NCBI RefSeq assembly: GCF_009914755.1
Contig: NC_060926.1
Direction: 5' to 3' (one strand)
Length of the DNA: 64,000 nt
DNA from: the human T2T-CHM13v2.0 reference genome, Homo sapiens
Positions 15,439-30,270 of the stretch are shown here, one piece after another. The position numbers and the translations under genes were made by a program. Under the pieces are notes generated by a model that saw only the letters and a list, made by a program, of their open reading frames with translations, made no database searches and was not told the DNA's origin. The first letter of the stretch is position 1, and each line of letters opens with the position of its first letter.

Positions 15439-16485
15439 GTAATTTTTTTCTGGATACCTTGCTGGTGCTTCAAGTACAGCATAGCTGAGACAAAGTATGT
15501 TCTTTTCTCTCAAAACTTTATGGTACCACCTTATTTCCATGATTTTTTTTTCTAAACACTACCAAACATGTGGTCCTGGAGAGACAGAGGTAACTTTTCC
15601 TGCTCAACTCTAACCACACCTGCCTCTGGCACCACCCTCACACCTACCCTAACTTGTGAGGGCTGTGCTCAGATTCACCCCCACTAACCAGACCTTCCCA
15701 GCCTGTGTCCTGTCCCTCTCAGGGCCATGCTCTGCATAATCTGTTGATTGGGAAGGTGGTCTGATAAAAGAATTGATAGAATTTGAGTGTGGGAAGTAGC
15801 CTTAGGGCTGTTTACCTTCCAGGTACCCAAAGCCAACTGGAGAGATTTTTAAGTCCTTGATTACCAAGCCTCACCCTCAGGTTATTATCACAGTACTGGT
15901 TTGCCAACAAACATTGAGAGTCAAAAACTTAACCCAAGGTGCCTCATTTTATATACAATGAAACAAAGAGCCAGTGAGGCCCTAAGCTCAGGCCAAGTCT
16001 GCAGTTATTGAGCTGAGCGGCAGGTTCCGCAAGACAATCCCACACTCTTGAGTCATTAAGGGTTCATTTCTATAGGTTCACAGCTCTATACCTCACAAGG
16101 CTGTTTGCATTTAAATGCATATCGTAAGAAGGTTATAATAGGATTCTTTCTCACTCTCAGCTGAGACCTTGAATGGCCTGAGCAGACCCTGGGAGAAAAA
16201 GGCCTCAACAGTGCCCCAGGCAGTGCTGCATCGGTGAAGCAGTTCTGGCCATAGAGCACTCCCCTGAGGCTCCTCCAGCCATGGCCCCTGTCCCCATGTC
16301 CCCGCTGGAGTGCTCCAGGGACTTTGAGAGACCTGGGTCAAGGTCTCACAATGAAACCTGCCTCCCTTGGCTGAGACACAACCCTCCAAGGACTGTCTAC
16401 AAAAGGCCCTCAGGTTTACTCTTTTAACTACATGTGAGGCCTAGGGTCACAAATCCCATTTTTGGTAATTTGTTTTTACAAGGCC

Positions 16486-16867
16486 TGTGATGGTTTGAAT
16501 GTTTGTCCAAATCTCATGTTGAAATGTGATCCCCAGTGTTGGATGTGGGGTCTGGTGGGAAGTATTTGGATCATGAGGCAGATCCCTCATAAATGGCTTG
16601 AATGACTTCACAGTTCACAGGAGATTTGGTTGATTAAAAGAGCTGGAAACTCTCGCTTCTCTTTCGTGCCCACTTTCACATGTAGCATGCTGGCTCCCCA
16701 TTCACCTTCCACCATAAGTAGAAGCTTCCTGAGGCCTCACCAGAAGCAGATGCCAGCACCATGCTTCCTATACAGGCTGTAGAAATGTGAGTCAATTAAA
16801 CCTTTCGTCTTCATAAATTACTCAGTCTCAGGTCTTCCAATATAGCAACTCAAAATAGACTAACACA
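16486..16867 (+). mobile_element. MST (MSTA/MSTB) MaLR solo LTR
   Basis: tgtgatggtttgaatg...aaatctcatgttgaaatgtgatccccagtgttgg...gaagcttcctgaggcctcaccagaagcagatgcc...gactaacaca. Confidence 0.88.
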
Positions 16868-17092
16868 GCCTATGTTTTAGATGGTGGGAGTGTGTGGCAT
16901 GCTTGTCGTGTTTTTGGGCTGTAAGAGCTTCAGGAAGATTCCCATTTGGACATCTGACTCATTCATGCAGTCTGTGTAATGCCTAAATGCTGGATAATTT
17001 CTGCTGGGAAAAGCACAAACTGGCAGGGGACACACCTGAGGTTGAAGAATCCCCATTCCTCAGGGGGACTCACATCTTCAGGAAGGCTTCCC

Positions 17093-17677
17093 TGAATATA
17101 GTAGTTAAGAAGGAATTACGTAGGCAGATAGAAAGGGTATGGGAGTTCTTGGTAAGGCTTTTCTTTTTAGTGAAAAGCAGCCCCAAGTCATTTTCTAACA
17201 AAGTGAAGCCTGCAATCTGGGAGCTTGCATGGGTGAATGCCAACAGGAAGTAAGGACTAGACATTTTGAAAATGGTGGCACCATCTTCCCTTCTTTGCCA
17301 GCCACGCATACTGTAAAGGAGCAGACAAGATGGTGCTGATCAGTTGGAAAGCCCATTTGCATAAGAAAGCTAGGGTGGGGGAACCAGACTTCCCCCACGC
17401 ACTATGTAGATGTCACACTGATCGAACCAATCTGTGAGCCCTATGTAAATCAGACAACACCTTCTCCAGCCTGCCTATAAAATCTGCTGCAGTCCACTGC
17501 CTCCCTTTTTTGGGACATCTCTCTGTCTTTCACAAGGAACTGCACTCCTCTCGCCTTTCTTCTGTCTATTAAACTTTCCAGTCCTTAACCTATTCACATG
17601 TGTTCATGTCCTGAATTCTTTCTCGGTGCATGACAATGAACCCCAGGTTATATACACCAGACGGTGTAGCCACTTCA
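17093..17677 (+). mobile_element. LTR9B-like ERV1 solo LTR
   Basis: gttaagaaggaattacgtaggcagatagaaagggtatgggagttcttggtaaggcttttc; TATA (ctataaaa ~17476), ATTAAA ~17568, ends gccacttca. Confidence 0.8.
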
Positions 17678-18004
17678 CTGGGGCTAACCTTCCTACAGCA
17701 CCACAGACTCATAGCAGTGGTGGTGTGTTTGCCCATTTTCTTCCCAGGGCTGTGTTAAAATGAAAACCATGCTGATCTCTAGCCTTAGAAGCATCCTAAG
17801 CAGTCTCCTCTCTTTGTTCTTGACCTTGTTCTCCTTCACAAATGAAGGGAAAGTAATGGCTGTGCAAAAAAACTTGCCCCAGTCTTGCCTCAGATAGCTC
17901 AGGGAAGTCCCTTCGCTGTGGCTCTGCTGCAAGGTCATGTCATGTGCTCATTCTCCAAATTTATCACCGAACATAAGCACCATGCCCAGTGGCCCCTTTC
18001 TCTA

Positions 18005-18150
18005 CAGTAGTGGTTTTCAAGCTTTGGGGTCATGGAAAATTACATGCAAAGCTTGCTTCATTGCCACCCATTACTGGGCTATATCCTAGACCTACTGACT
18101 CACACTTTTGTGGTAAGATTCAGTTGCCGCATTTTAGGAAGCTCCCCATG
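18005..18150. mobile_element. MER5-like hAT MITE, diverged
   Basis: agtggttttcaagctttg...agacctactgactcacac...cattttaggaagctcccca. Confidence 0.5.
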
Positions 18151-19014
18151 ACCATCACTTAGGGCCTTCCTGAAGAGGTATCACTCTCCTGTAAGCGTGT
18201 GCATCCTCCTTCTTTTGAATCTTTCATTAGATTCTCATGGACCTGTTCCTAACTTTCTGTCCAATGCTCATCTCTGCAGATAATTTTTCTCAACAAAGAG
18301 TCAAAAAAGAAGATGCTAAGTGGTTCAGTTTTCCAAATTGTGAATGGATTATTGAATTGCATTTGCCACTTTCTTGCCCAAGAGAGATACTGTAATATTG
18401 TGCTAATATTTATAAAGCACTTGGAGCTCCAAATATGAAAAGCACCTTATGAAATATTGATGACCCATCTATTCCATACACCTTAACTCTGTTTAGCCAA
18501 GAGATTTTCTTCCTGTGTGTTCTAAGACAGTATTATTTCTAAAGAGATAAGCTTCCTTATAATAGTTATAAATTCATACTAAATTTACAAACAAATTGTA
18601 TATAATAGTTTCTTCCCAAGTTTTCCCAAGCACTTTATCATAAAACAATGAAACTAGAGAAATCTGGATATGAAAACTAACCCAACTCTCTATAGCTGGC
18701 AGAACTATTCTCAAATCATTTCAGAATGAGATTAATAAATATTCTTTCAAAATATTTTTTTGTTTCAGTAAAAAGCAAATATTTTTTCCTTAAGTATAAA
18801 AAGTGTCCTGAAGTGCTACTGTATAGTAGAAAGGATGACATTTTACAGATTCTGGGCACAGAGGAAGTAAATTTGAAAGGAAGCAAAATATATCATGCTT
18901 GTGTTTTCAAAATGAACAATTCCACATGTTATAATGAAGTATGAAACGTTAAACTATTAATTTATTATTCCATAACAAACCAAGTTTGGAAAGCCCAAGG
19001 AAAGGAGAAACTTA

Positions 19015-19536
<522 letters not shown>

Positions 19537-20760
19537 TCATCTAAATTTAAATAGCAATTAATAGAAAAATTGAGGGCACATAATGGATAGGAAATAATTG
19601 AGAATTGTGTCATCTCATGCCTGTGGCTACTCGAAAGGATATGTGGCATTCTCCCTGTGCTATACTTTTTCTATAAAATACATAATCAACCACTAAAGAA
19701 TGAGATCGTAACAGTGATCAAATAATAAAAGAAATGCTTTACATATGCTTTGACGTGTACAATACCCCCTTTTCCAAACTGTTGTACCCAGAACACTGCT
19801 CCCATGAGACATCCCTTGGATAAAGGAATTTGGAAAACCTTGCTTGCAATCCATCCATCACGGGCTCAAACACTTTGTGTAATTTAGCAAAAGGCACTAC
19901 TTCCTCAGTCACTTTACTGCCAACTTCCAGAAAAAATGCCATCATACCCCTGAGCTTCAGCAACAGTGTGGTGAGGGGCATCCTGGGATGATCTATGCAA
20001 CCTTTCATAACTGCACATCAGGAAATTTCAAGATTCATGATGGTGACTCATAATGGACACCCCAGGGTCTGAGAGACCTTTCCATAAAACGTCCATTTCC
20101 ATGTGCTTAATTTCTTATTTCCCAAACTTACTTAATGAAGAGTCCACTTTTCTGTTTAACCCTTACAGTGACTTGTGAAAACTTGGCATTTGGAGAATGC
20201 CCTTATTTGGAGAATCTCAATCACTAGAGCAGCAACACCCTTGGAAAATTAATTAATAAAGATCCTTTGGACATTGAGTGTGGCTGAAAATAGCAAGAAA
20301 GCCAAAAGTAGCCCAGCATTCGACATACATATTAGTTTCTCTAAGTTAAGAGAGAAGGAATCTCACTGGCAGAAAGAGGATATACAATTAAGTCACCCTT
20401 CAGGGAAGGATGAGACAGGCAGGACAAATGGTATGGATGGAAATAAGAAGTGCAAGCAAATAACAAAAAGGGGTGTGTGGAGAAGTGACAGGGAAGAGAA
20501 GATGGAAAAAGCAAAGCAAGAGCAGAAAGGAGGGACAGTGGAAGTGAAAGTGGTTAGGAGAGAAAACGGTGAGTGAAGCTGCTAGTCCTGGCAGGGCAAG
20601 AAATCATAGTTGAGGAAAAGAGCACTGCCTATGAAAGAAAAAGACAAAATTAACTAAGTAACAGAAAGCAATCAACGATCACAGCTCTGCACATTGGAGC
20701 TAATAGCACTGGGTACCTGTGTCATACCTATGAGCATTACTGTGCCCCATTGGTGAACAT

Positions 20761-20871
20761 GAGAGTGACTACTTATCCCTGTTTTCCTGGGAAAAATTCA
20801 GTCTTGGCACTGAAAGAATTGTATTCCAGGAAATCAAAAGTAGTGGCAAACCAGGACAGCTGGTCACCCCA
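20761..20871. mobile_element. MER81-like hAT-Blackjack MITE
   Basis: Terminal inverted repeats gagagtgactac...ccctgttt / gcaaaccaggacagctggtcacccc; central ggcactgaaag. Confidence 0.65.
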
Positions 20872-22799
20872 GTTAGCACTGACTCAAAATAGCAATGTGT
20901 CCGGGGGTGGTCTCTAATGCATCCCCTTAGTGGTAGTTGGAGTTATCACTGTTTCACATCAGCCACATACACAGCTCAGGAAACTTTAAAGCCTGTGGTG
21001 ACAGTAAGTGAAATTTCTTTCTTTCAATAGTCTGTGAAGGAGGTACAATGCTTTAGAACTTAGTCCATAAATCAAAGCTGACAATGATGCTTTTATGTCC
21101 ATTAAATGGTTAACATTCTCCCTGTGTCCTATTGTAACAGGGTATTGTGTTTTGAGGGAAAAATCAATAAAAAATGCTTAAGATAAAGTTTTCATGCTCA
21201 TAATGTGTTTGTCTTCAGTTATAAGAAAATGAATCTATATAGGCAGGTAAATTTCCTGATGCTGTTGCACAAGGAACGTTATGCTATGAATATATAATGT
21301 TCATATATACTGATGAATTTCCAATTCAACTTTCTAGTTATGTTTTAAAGCTGAACACTAAGATTGATTTGCATTCCTTGATCACTCAACAATTCAGCTC
21401 TTGGGGTGATAGCCCATCTGCATGCTACGTGATATGGAGAAGTTTGGCTAGATTGACAATATGCCACAGATAACCCATCATGGGGAATCACTTTTCAGTG
21501 TTTTAGACCTAGAAAAGATTTATGTGTGAATCTGAAGGTGTTCTGCCATGCCTGAAAGCAATAAGGAGAAAAGGGCACCATGGGCAGAATGGATGTGATT
21601 TGTTTCTTGGGTCACTGGGCACAAGGCAGAAAGCACTGCTTCTTCTTCTTGGGAGGAGTGACACTGAGATATAGCCTCATCTCCTACATCCAATCTTGCT
21701 TTGCTTAGATAAGGAAGAAATCCCAGCCTGGGGAAAAACCACGAGCCACTTCTCTGTGCCTCCTGTGAGGCAGATAAAAAGGGGTCAATGACGGGTGAAT
21801 GTCAGTCATACAACAGCCAGCTGAGCAGTTTCCAGTTTCCAGAAGTCAGCCTTGAGGCATTATTGCACAGCAAGAATATGGTGCACCTGAGAAGGTAGCT
21901 ATTATATACCCAGTGCGGTCTCATGGCTACTTACATTCTACAGCCAGCCATGCATTCACCATTTTCAGTGCCTTTTCTTTCATTCCTCAGCTTTTTTCCA
22001 GTGATTGATTTGGAGGGAAAATTCTAAGACTATGGGGAAAACGGTTAGCAATTTGGATAGTCCTACTAGCACAGAATTAGCTTTCAATGAAATCCTGGAG
22101 AGCACCCTTTTAACTTTTCATATGAAAATAACATTTAATGTCTTTAATTTAAAATTATATGATAAAATATATTTTAATTATCAATAGCTCATGTATAAAC
22201 AATAAACGATATACAACCAAAATAATTATAAAGATGAGAATATAAATTATTCACAACCCCATCACTCATAGATAACCACTGCTATCAAGAAAACATGTTC
22301 AAGTATTCTAGTCAAGTCTTCTTTTGCACTTATTGTGTTTTTTACAGAATATGTAATTACTACAGCTTTGCAGAACATTTAGAGAAAACAGCAAAACAAT
22401 AAAATAAAATCATCATAACCCAATCACCCAAAGATAATTATTTTCAACAACTTGTTTATATTGTTTTTGTCACCCACTCATAAATACACACTCTGTGTTA
22501 TTTAGTTTTACAAAATTAAAATTATAGTATCCATTGTTTTGTAGTTAGCTCCTTTTACATATTAACTATCCCACACTTTAGTCTTCTTTAGGGAGTTTGG
22601 CAGTATCCAAGACAATAATTGATTTTATACTTTATTGCTTTCATAAAAGAGGCTGAATTTATTCCAGGTTATCAGAAAATACATTAGTGATTTAAATACA
22701 TACAGTGATACAGTGATTTTTAATATCAGTGACAACTTTTAGCAATCCATTCTTTCCTTTTGCATTTATCAGTACCTACTAAGTTGGGGAATAGGCATG

Positions 22800-22954
22800 T
22801 AAAATATATATATATAATATAAATCTATAAAGTATATATAAATAAAAATATATATAATATATACATATATAAAATAAAAATATTTTAAATAAAAAATAAA
22901 AATATATATATAATATATAAAAATATATAAATATATATATATACACACATATAA
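22800..22954. repeat. AT-rich low-complexity (TA)n tract
   Basis: Nearly pure A/T run adjoining the Alu tail. Confidence 0.9.
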
Positions 22955-23276
22955 TTTTAATTAAGTTTTTGTCTTTTAGGGACAAAGTTTTACTCTGTCA
23001 CCCAGGCTGGAGTGCAGTGGCATAATCATAGCACACTACAGCCTCCAACTCCTAGGCTCACATGGTCTTCCTGCTTCAGGCTCCTGAGTAGATAGGACTA
23101 TAGGTGCATGCCACCATGCACAACTAACTTTTTATTTTAATTTTTTGTAGAGATGGAGTCTTGCTCAATGGACAACATATTGCCCAAACTGGTCTCAAAT
23201 TCCTGGCCCCAAACTATCTACCCACCGGAACCTGCCAAACTGCTGGGATTACAGGCATGAGCCACCTTGTCCTGCC
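22955..23276 (-). mobile_element. AluJ
   Basis: Antisense Alu with J-type cataatcatagcacactacagcctccaactcctaggctc. Confidence 0.9.
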
Positions 23277-23593
23277 ATTAGTAGGTTCAGATTATAACTC
23301 AGGAGGCAGAATCATGAGACTAATGGAATATTTATAACTGGGGAAGGGAGTGGGCAGGCTGGTGAGCACCCTGGGAGGAGGAACTGGGGAAAGGGGTTTC
23401 TAACATCAGTGATTAAAACCAAATCTCCAACTAAGTAGATATGTTGTAAAGACAGAAAAAGGAATTCACCCCTTTCCCAACTCAAAACAACTCTTTAAAA
23501 CACATTAATTGACATTCTGTGGAGAGAAGGGTCATCCAGGCTGCCAGTGCAGGTGCTGCCTTTTGCTTCTGCTCTTTTAAAAAGCCATCGAGG

Positions 23594-24720
<1,127 letters not shown>

Positions 24721-25344
24721 TCGCAATTAAAATAAACACATGCACATCATGAGTGATTTTTTTAAAGATGTGAAATAAGCTTGTAATATAAAGAAAAACC
24801 AGAGGTGATGGAAAGTAGAGACATGGGAAGCAAAATGAATAACTGATGGACTGAGCGATTTCCAGAGCATAATCAGGTATCATAATTGCAATTTATGATT
24901 GACAGGTGGAGAAAACTCTCTAAGATAGGATAGAGGGTGGTAAGAATGGGTCATGTAGATCTATTTGGAAGTGAGCAGATAAGGATATGACAAACTGAGT
25001 GAATTTACAGTCCCTGTTTTCTCTATAATAGATTAGGTGAGGATTAATGTTTAAGAAAGAATTGGGTAGCAGGATTGCATAGGGAATGGGAAGGACTTTG
25101 GCTGATGTTTATAACAATAAACCTACAGTATCCAATCAACATGGCCTGAAATTAGCCACTCTAATTTGAGAGTCAAATAAATATTCTAAGAGAGGACATA
25201 AGGCAATTATTTTTATTTTAGCATGTCTTCTTTACATTTGATATTCTTTCATACTTTGAGAGGATAGTTATTCAACATGTATTATGTACTTAGTGTTCTA
25301 TTAGTTCCTGGACACATATATATATATATATATATTTTTAAGCA

Positions 25345-25436
25345 CACTTTCACAGGCACTCTACAATATCATTAGTTTCACAAATATCACTTTCACAGGG
25401 ATTCTACAATATCATTAGTTTCATAAATATCACTTT
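25345..25436. repeat. 43-bp tandem duplication (~2.1 copies)
   Basis: cactttcacagg..ctacaatatcattagtttca(c/t)aaatat at 25345 and 25388. Confidence 0.9.
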
Positions 25437-28074
25437 TGATGGTGTATTGTCCTTCATCAACACTCCTGGTAATATCCATAGTCACTTCAAGATAATGCAA
25501 AGCACCCAAATCTTTGTTAGAACAAAACACAAAATGTGTTTTAAAGTGTCATCTCAGCATCCAGTTTCTTGACTTATTTATTTTGGAATAATCAGAGCTC
25601 CCTCTCCGCCACAGTGACTGAGGTGGTGATGAAACCCTGACACAATGTAATACTCTGTACTCATGTAGAACCTTTGTTTTTGGATTTAGAGTGCCAGTGT
25701 ATCTCCTTGGAAGAAATGTGGGGCCAGATTCATTATGCAGTGACTTTCATGATAATGGAGTAGCTACTCCACACTCTGGAATGAACATGACTTGGATAAG
25801 TAGGTGAAATAAGGGTGTCTTTAATAGTAGAAGCTCAAATAAGGCAGACAATGCTAGCCACAGCATCCCAAATCAAAGTGAGGGTGTGAGTCTTCCAGGC
25901 AATTAGACTACAGATCTCCATTCTGGAAACAACAAAGATCATGGTGAAAAATGAGTCATGGTGGATGGGTAGCACCAGTTCTCAGGAGAGCCCCTTAGCT
26001 TGTGGGTTGTTTCTAAGTCATCAAGGTACTTAGTTTTCACAGGTGCATAAATGCATTGTGTGTGGCCCTGGGGGCTGGCACCACTTACCCCTAAATTCCA
26101 CAGTGACATTAAATATGTACTCCCCGGGGACTGTGGGTGAGCTTAGGGTAGTGGTATCAATAAGCCTGTCTCATTTCTCCTGGTAGCAAGAAAAGATGAT
26201 TTTCCTAGGTTAAGCATGCCACTCAGTGATCCTAGAACTTACACAGTGGCTGGCCTCTCTGTGACACCTTTTAGTTCTCCTTTGCTCTCTTGGCAACCAT
26301 AAAGCAGAGTGTGTGCAGGGACCTAGGGCTGGGTCCTGGTTTTATGTAGCATCCATGAGTAAGGGAGGACAAGACATGAAGCTGGATGGTAAAAACATAA
26401 TGGGGAATTCCAAGTGGTACTTTCATCCTTATCCAAAGGCCTTTGGGTTAAAAGACATGAGTAGCTTCTAGTTTCTGGTGCAGTTTAAGTAGAATGCTCC
26501 TTATGTAGAACTAAATCCAGTGCTGCGTGTGTCCACAGCATCCCTTGGAACTGGTAAGACACCACACAGGCTGTGTTCTGGGGCATGGGGTAGACAAACT
26601 TGTCTGGAAGAGGACAATCTCACTCAGCTTCCTGGCAAACTCAAGGTAAGGACACTGTTCACTTGGGGTTCCCCTGGCCATCCCAGTTTCCTTTTCCAAC
26701 AGCAAATGTCCCTGGAAGTGGCTACTTTGCCATCCTGATTCTGAGAGGAGGGGATATGTGAAGACCCACAATCCGGAGTCTCAGGCGAAAGAGTAATTCT
26801 CTTTTTAACACTATCCTCCAGATGGGTGCCTTGCCTCTCTCCTTCCCACAGGCTGCCATCCTTTCCCTTCAACATTGCATCATGCCTTCCTACCAGCCCC
26901 TGATGCCTGCCCTTGTAGAATCCTTGCAGGACCCAGGATTCAAGTTATGGACAGTCTCCAAATCCAGGGCCTGCAGCCCCACAAAAGCCCAGAGAGTAAA
27001 AAGCAAAGTGCCAGCTTCTTACCGAGGGAGACTTTCTGCCCTCACAGGGTCATTCCCCATGCTAGATCCTCCTGGGCTGGTGTCCTATATGCCCCTTCTT
27101 TGTGCACTTGACCTTGCCCTGTTTCCCTAATGTGCTGTGTTCATGCTGTGTTCTGTCTCAGACTCCCTCTGCCTGGATCATGCAGGCTCCTCTGTGCTGA
27201 AGATAAGCAACACTACTTTGTAAATTGGTGCTAAGCTGAGCTGCCCTTTCCCAGGCTATATTTGACCCCTTTCAGGTTAGCGCCTTCCCTAGAGAAAGCT
27301 AACTAAGTGTTTTGACTTAAAAGATCTCCTGCTGGGTCACAGGCCAAATAGTGGTGAGTAAAAGTAAGCAAAAGCTAGTGAATAGTGTTAAAAAGATTTT
27401 TCAACTATTCTGCTTAATTGTGTTTAAAAGGTCTGGCAGTTCTTTCCCCACAAGAATCTGTAAAGTGAATGAACCACCCATTAGTGGTCAGTTGCTGTGG
27501 GCAGGGGTTGGGGGAGCTGTTTCACTGCATCAAATACGTAGGCCAAGGGCAGATGCTCTAAAAACGTGAAATACAATAGAATAAAATAAATTTGTATAAA
27601 TAGAATTATAAAAATATGTAACTCTAAAAAATGAAAATAAATATATACATAAAATAATATGTGTACATACATAAATAAAAAGTCAACCACTTTTCAGCAC
27701 ACACAACTGAAAGTACTATTTGAGTCTAAAAGGCCGCTGTGAAACCTTTGGCAGAGTAAAGAAAACTTGTTTAAAATTCCTGGTAGAAACACTTAAAAAT
27801 ATGTTGGAAACTAGAGGACAAGGAGAAGATCTAAGTTAAGGAAGAAGAAGACAGTTGCATTGCAGATCCCGAGTTACGGGCTGTGGGCTTTCTCTTGCAG
27901 CATGGAGGGCCCTTCTCCCGGATGGTGCTGTGAGTGTCCACATGGTTCACCGCTGGGGAGCCCATTCTGTTGAAAGAATCCATATCTGTCAGGATTGCTC
28001 GGTGGCCCTACTCACAAGGTATCTTTTCCCCAAAGTTTCCAGGTCTACTTGATTTCACGTCAAAGTGGCATTGC

Positions 28075-28806
28075 TTCTGTGGGGTGCCTTCTGACACCAA
28101 CAAGCAAGTCCCCATCCCTCCAGGCACCAACTGAATATCCAACGATGTGTTCAATCTGGACACTACCCAGAATACACATCAAACTCCACAGGTTGAAGGG
28201 CTCCATTCCCAGATGTCTGACTCTGTTTCACATGCTAGTCACAAGTACCTGGCCACTCACACTTCTGAATGACTGACTATATATCGGGATTCCCATAATC
28301 CCTTGCTCAGTTTTGATCATTTACTAGAGTGTCTCACAAAACTCAGAAAGACATTTTACTGATTTATGAAAAAGGATACAGATAAACAGGTATATAGGGT
28401 AAGGTCCAGAAAAGACCTGGGCACAAGAGCTTCTGTCCTTGTGGAGTTGGGGTGGCCCACTCTCCTAGCAAGTAACTGTGTTCACCTATTTGAAAGCTCT
28501 TCAAATCTTGTTATTCAGTAATTTTGATAGTTTAATCGCCAGCCTTCTGCTCCTTCCTGGAGGTAAATGGGTGGGGCTGAAACTTCTGGCTCATTCTGGT
28601 GACCAGCCTTATCCTGAGGCAATTTAGGGGCCCAACTCTGAGTCACACTATTAGTATAAATTATAACATCACACCTCAGGTGTGATCCAAAGGGGAACCT
28701 TAGGAATAATTAGACTTTCCTGTCACTCAGGAAATTCCAAGGGTTGTAGGAGATCTGTACCAAGAACCCTGGACAAAGACCAAATATATTTCTTTTTATG
28801 CCCCAG
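28075..28806 (-). mobile_element. MER21-family LTR
   Basis: ccacaggttgaagggctc, ctcacaaaactcagaaagaca, caggaaattccaagggttgtaggagatctgtaccaagaaccctggacaaagaccaaatat. Confidence 0.8.
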
Positions 28807-30270
28807 CATCTATAGTGCCTTCTTGCAGAGCATGGTGTGAGGGTGGGCAGAGGGACAGGCTTCCTGGGCAATAGCCAAATCCTATGCCTTACCATGCTTG
28901 GACAAGCAGTGTCCGGGGCACACTTGTAGAAATGGGAACACTGATCAGATCAAGATTATTTATTATAAGTAAATTGGAGAGTGACATGCTATAAGCATGA
29001 TCTTGCTTCTTAAATTTTAACCATAAGTACCTGCTTTAATAAACAAAAAGGTAACGGTCAGCTTTTAGTAAGGCCGGCAGCCTCCATGGTTATATCATTC
29101 TTTTCAGGCCTTTCATAAAGATAAACTTGAAAAAATCAGTTTGCTAAGGAGGCAGCACTAAAAGTTTTTTAAATGCCACTTCAAAACTTCAGTTGTTAAG
29201 CTTTTAAAACTGCAGGCATAATTAATAAGAAAATGTAAGGACATTCTATTTTATAAGATTTTAAGATATGTTCCTCAGACAAAAGCTTCCTGAAGTATAA
29301 AAAATACACATATTCACTTTGGAATGCTTCTAGCCTCACGTCAAGGTTGTTTGATTTCTAGAAGTTTCCTGTCATTAACAATAAAACACTGAATCCTTCT
29401 AAGAGGGGTTACTGAAGGAGTTCTTAAGGTATTGGGTCTTAATTTGATTGTGTTTTCTATTGCAGAACATACTCAAGGTCAAGCTCCTGTTAATAGGTTT
29501 TAAAATCTCTTCTACCCACTTAACTCTGAAACATTAGCCTGAATGACTACACTCCTTAAGAATATTTGCATCGGTTTACTATGGCTAACTGGATTCTTCT
29601 TTGCTCTGAACAAAAGACCTGAGACAGTCCTGTAGGCGCTCCTCATGCAGGCAGCTTTGGCTGTCCTCCGATACAGAGACTTGCCTCTCTCCAAAAGCAA
29701 CTGCAGCAAAAACCTTGCTGAGAGGAGTCTTGTGGGTAGGAGAAAGTGGGGCAGAATGTCACTGGTTATGATTTAGGAGTGATGTAAAGGAAAGGAACTG
29801 TAGATAAAATGTGTGGGGCTTTCTGGAACAGGCTCTCCCTGCTTTCTCTCCCTGAACTGGAGGAGGTGATCCTGAGATGTTGACTCCCAGCCCCTGACCC
29901 TGTGTTTAAAATCCTACAGGTGTCCCACGTTGCTGAGAGAAAACAGGACACAAGCTCCCGGGCACACGCTTAGCAGATGTGGAGCCAGGACGAGGTGCTG
30001 GGCTGCCCATAACGCTACACACACTTTTGACAGAAAAAGAGTGCCTTTCTATTTTAAATTTAAAGGTGTGCCAGCCTAACACACAGCCTCATCTTGGCCT
30101 CTGCGCCCTGCATGCAGTTCACAAAGCCCACTGTTGGCCACAGGCACAGTATCCTCAAATGTTAAAATGGCCTGAATGACTAAAAATAAATATATTCTCT
30201 AAAACTGGAACATGGAAAGTGTGTGGGAGGCAGTTTGCCCTTGAAGATTTTGTGGAAGGACTTTAGGGGA

